Below, piece by piece: positions 60,833-64,000 of a DNA stretch of 64,000 nucleotides (its first letter is position 1; each line of letters starts with the position of its first letter). This DNA is from Dehalococcoidia bacterium (GTDB lineage: Bacteria > Chloroflexota > Dehalococcoidia > Plut-88900). The position numbers and the translations under genes were made by a program. Under the pieces are notes generated by a model. The model made no database searches. It saw nothing but the letters and a program-made list of their open reading frames with translations, and was not told the origin of the DNA. The stretch covers positions 1,792,001-1,856,000 of the forward strand of contig OZ240215.1 of assembly GCA_965197585.1 (NCBI GenBank). Reading direction: 5' to 3'.

Positions 60833-62137
60833 ATGCCGGACTTGAGCTATAAAGCCCTCCCCCTCTCCGGCACCCGAGTCCTTGACCTCTCCATCGTCTG
60901 GGCAGGCCCCTACGCCACTCAACTGCTCGCCGACTGGGGCGCCGAGGTCATCCGAGTAGAACCTCTCACCGTTTTTCAGCCCGTGACCCGTGGCGTAGTC
61001 CCTCGTCCCAAGAAGGGCCAGTTCCTGTCCGCCCACAAGTTCCCCGACAACGACCCCGGACTCCGCCCCTGGAATCGCGATTCCGCTTTCAACACCCATG
61101 CCCACAACAAGCTCAGCATGACCCTCAACCTGGACGCCAAGGATGGACGCACGGTTTTCCAAGACCTGGTCGCCATAAGCGATGTGCTCGTCGAAAATAA
61201 CCCCGTCTCCACCTTGACCAAGCTGGGCATCGACTATCCTTGGCTCAGAAACATCCGCCCCGACCTCATTGTCGTTCGAATGCCGCCCTACGGCCTCCAG
61301 GGCCCCTATCGCAACTTCCGCTCCGTCGGATCATCCTTGGAAGCAGTCATGGGCCACACGAGCATTCGCGGATACTGTGACACTGACCCCTCAATGACCA
61401 GCTCCGTCTACACCGCCGATGCCTCTGCCGGAGCTAATGCCGCATTCGCCGTGGTCTCCGCATTGCTCTTCCGTCGCGAGTCGGGTTCCGGAGGCTTGAT
61501 CGACGCCAGCCAGGCCCAGGCCATGCTCCCCTACCTCGGCGAGGCCCTCATGGACTACTCCATGAACTCCCGAGTCCAGACCACCCTCGGAAATGCCGAC
61601 CCCTCAAAAGCGCCCCACGGCTGCTATCCCTGCCTCGGGGGCGACCGATGGATCACAATCTCCGTGGACAGCGATGATCAATGGAAAGCCTTGAAAGGTG
61701 TGATGGGCAATCCCCCCTGGTCCTGCGACTCTCGATTTGCCACCTGTTCCAGCCGGTGGACATGGCAGGAAGAGTTGGACTCCCTAATCTCTCGTTGGAC
61801 CCGGGACCGGGACTCTAACGAACTAATGGCCGAACTCCAGCTTTCCGGTATAGCCGCCGGTCCGGTAAACAAAGACGCCGACCTCCTGGCAGACCCCCAC
61901 CTAGCCGACCGGGGCTTCTTCGAACCGTTGGACCATTCCGATACTGGACACTACCTCTATCCCGGTCCAATGTGGCGCTCCCGCTCATTCCCCAACCAGC
62001 TCCGAACACCGCCCTGCAACCTGGGCCAACACAACGAATACGCCTACCGAGACCTGCTTGGATACAACGACAACAGGTATTCCGAACTGGAGGCCGCCGG
62101 CCACATCGGCACCGAGTTCCACCCAAACGTCACCTAG
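60833..62137 (+). CDS. Class III CoA-transferase subunit (catalytic Asp present)
   Basis: VWAGP, HNKLS, YTADASAG; paralog of 7529-8851. Confidence 0.9.
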   Translation: MPDLSYKALPLSGTRVLDLSIVWAGPYATQLLADWGAEVIRVEPLTVFQPVTRGVVPRPKKGQFLSAHKFPDNDPGLRPWNRDSAFNTHAHNKLSMTLNLDAKDGRTVFQDLVAISDVLVENNPVSTLTKLGIDYPWLRNIRPDLIVVRMPPYGLQGPYRNFRSVGSSLEAVMGHTSIRGYCDTDPSMTSSVYTADASAGANAAFAVVSALLFRRESGSGGLIDASQAQAMLPYLGEALMDYSMNSRVQTTLGNADPSKAPHGCYPCLGGDRWITISVDSDDQWKALKGVMGNPPWSCDSRFATCSSRWTWQEELDSLISRWTRDRDSNELMAELQLSGIAAGPVNKDADLLADPHLADRGFFEPLDHSDTGHYLYPGPMWRSRSFPNQLRTPPCNLGQHNEYAYRDLLGYNDNRYSELEAAGHIGTEFHPNVT

Positions 62138-62163
62138 ACTTACTGGGCCCGCCACAATCTCAC

Positions 62164-62219
62164 CCGCTCGTGCTGTCGGAGATCCGCCTGAGGCGGGGGC
62201 CCCGTCGAAGTATGAGCGG
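62164..62219. repeat. REP-like palindrome with inserted module
   Basis: CCGCTCGTGCTG-TCGGAGATCCGCCTGAGGCGGGG-GCCCCGTCGAAGTATGAGCGG between convergent genes. Confidence 0.7.
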
Positions 62220-62243
62220 CCGATGCACCCACCCCCAGACCCC

Positions 62244-63839
62244 CTACCACCCGATAGCGCACCCATCCTTCCGAGGCTCCGACCCACCCTTCAGCACACC
62301 CGTCTCGGCATCTCGCTCGATGATCTGCCCACCCCCGAACAGGCTTCGGTTCTCGTCCCCGTAGGTCACTATGTGGTGACCCCTTCTGATTAGCTCCTCC
62401 CGAGTTCCCCCGTTAACCTCTTCTTCCAACGCCACTCCGTCCCCGATCAGCGCGCTGAACCTTAGAGCGTCCAGTGCCTCCTGAGGCTCGAGATCGAAGT
62501 CGACCATGTTCGCCATCACCTGCAGCTGCCCCTGCGGCTGCTGGAATCCACCCATCACCCCGAAGGAGAGCCACATCTGATCGCCGCGTGTGGCCATTGC
62601 CGGGATTATCGTGTGGTAGGGCCTCTTGTCCGGCGCCAGGGCATTCGGGTGCTCGGGGTCCAGCGAGAAGAGAGCGCCCCTATTGTGCAGCGCAATCCCC
62701 GTACCCGGCACCACCAGCCCTGTCCCGAAGCTCTCGTAAAGGCTGTTGATGAACGAGCAGGCGTTCCCGTCCCCATCAACCACCGTCAGGTAGGCCGTAT
62801 TGGCAGTCGCATACACGTTTCCGGGACGCGGCTGCTGGATGACTCCATCACAGGCGATCTGACTCCGGCGTTCCGCCGCGTATCCCTTGTCCAGCAGCAC
62901 TTTGAGCGGCACATCCACCTTGGCTGGATCTCCGATGTATCTGAGCGCATCGGCATACGCCAGGCGCATCGACTCGATCAGGTGGTGGTACGTGTCCGCC
63001 GACTGGAAACCCATCCCCCTAATGTCGAATCCCTCGGCGATGTTCATCGCCATCAGTGCTGCAAGCCCGTGTCCATTGGGTGGGCATTCCCAGACCCGAA
63101 CTCCTCTGTAGTCCGAGGAAATTGGCTCGTCCCAGGTGGACTGGTGGCTTTCCAGGTCTTCCTTTTCCAGCCAACCACCCATCTTCTGAACGTAGTTCGC
63201 TATCTTCTCCGCCAGCTTACCCTTGTAAAATGCCTTCGGTCCCCGCCTCGCGATGGACTTGAGCACCTCAGCCAACTCCGGGAACCTCATTACTTCACCC
63301 GCCCGCGGGGCCCGGCCATTGAGCAGCATTTCACTCCCCGACGGATATCGCGCCAGCTTGTCAGCGTTATATGCCCAGGACTTCCCCAGCACCTTCTGCA
63401 CTACAAACCCATCGGCAGCATAGCTGATGGCAGGTTTCAGCAGCTTTGACAGAGGCATGCTCCCGTGCCTCTTCAACAGCGTCTGCCACCCATCCACGAT
63501 CCCCGGAACCGTCACCGAATGTGCGCCCAGATGGGGCATCTCTTTGTACCCTTCCCCCACCAACTCTTCCAACGATGCCCTTCTCCCCGCACGCCCGCTC
63601 CCGTTCAGCGCCGTGACCTTCCGGTCCTTCGCCGACCATGTCAACGCAAACATGTCCCCCCCGAGCCCCGTGGACATCGGCTCCGTTACGCACAACGCCG
63701 CGGAGGTAGCCACCGCCGCATCTGCTGCGTTGCCTCCGTCTTGAAGCACCCTGAGTCCGGCCATCGCCGCTTGAGTCTCGCTGGTCGCCACCATGCCGCG
63801 CCGGGCCTCGACACTCGGCCTTCGGGTCAAGAAGCTCAT
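62244..63839 (-). CDS. ggt: Gamma-glutamyltransferase
   Basis: GGNAADAAVA, GLGGD, NTAY (nucleophile Thr), NRG, KRPYHTIIP, GVMGGFQQPQG, PRKDG. Confidence 0.93.
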   Translation of the reverse strand: MSFLTRRPSVEARRGMVATSETQAAMAGLRVLQDGGNAADAAVATSAALCVTEPMSTGLGGDMFALTWSAKDRKVTALNGSGRAGRRASLEELVGEGYKEMPHLGAHSVTVPGIVDGWQTLLKRHGSMPLSKLLKPAISYAADGFVVQKVLGKSWAYNADKLARYPSGSEMLLNGRAPRAGEVMRFPELAEVLKSIARRGPKAFYKGKLAEKIANYVQKMGGWLEKEDLESHQSTWDEPISSDYRGVRVWECPPNGHGLAALMAMNIAEGFDIRGMGFQSADTYHHLIESMRLAYADALRYIGDPAKVDVPLKVLLDKGYAAERRSQIACDGVIQQPRPGNVYATANTAYLTVVDGDGNACSFINSLYESFGTGLVVPGTGIALHNRGALFSLDPEHPNALAPDKRPYHTIIPAMATRGDQMWLSFGVMGGFQQPQGQLQVMANMVDFDLEPQEALDALRFSALIGDGVALEEEVNGGTREELIRRGHHIVTYGDENRSLFGGGQIIERDAETGVLKGGSEPRKDGCAIGW

Positions 63840-64000
63840 CTCTTCCTCCTGATTCGTTCTCTAATTGATCAGCTTGCGGAGTCCCGCTCGTCGAATACCT
63901 CTTTGGCCACACCCAGTGCATTTAGGCAGGCGGGCAACCCACAATAGAATACAAGGTGCAGGAACAGCTCGCCTATTTCTTCTCGACTCCACCCAAGGTT

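Overview
GC-rich bacterial chromosome segment. The gene content (several LLM-class flavin/F420 oxidoreductases, five amidohydrolases plus a D-aminoacylase-like enzyme, paired class III CoA-transferases, SDRs, Pro/Thr/Ala-linker lipoproteins) suggests Chloroflexota/Dehalococcoidia, probably SAR202-like; this taxonomy is inference. Housekeeping genes are a lepA 5' fragment, recN, tRNA-Lys(UUU), pyrE, lepB, dcd-ribD-ribE-ribBA-ribH, ispH and ggt. The strongest signal is a complete IS110-family element (58397-59510) inserted at a CT core inside a REP-like palindrome. Its non-coding left end contains a readable, compact bridge-RNA-like structure whose four guides match this element's own donor junction and its genomic target. 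A TTGACT-N17-TATATT promoter forms only on circularisation. Other notable items: an unexplained ~467-nt highly structured element behind a LexA-box-like promoter (23109-23789), a conserved long leader shared by two tandem solute-binding-protein paralogs, a membrane-anchored JAB/MPN protein, MITEs and nested REP modules. All calls come from reading the sequence; no searches or folding were run.
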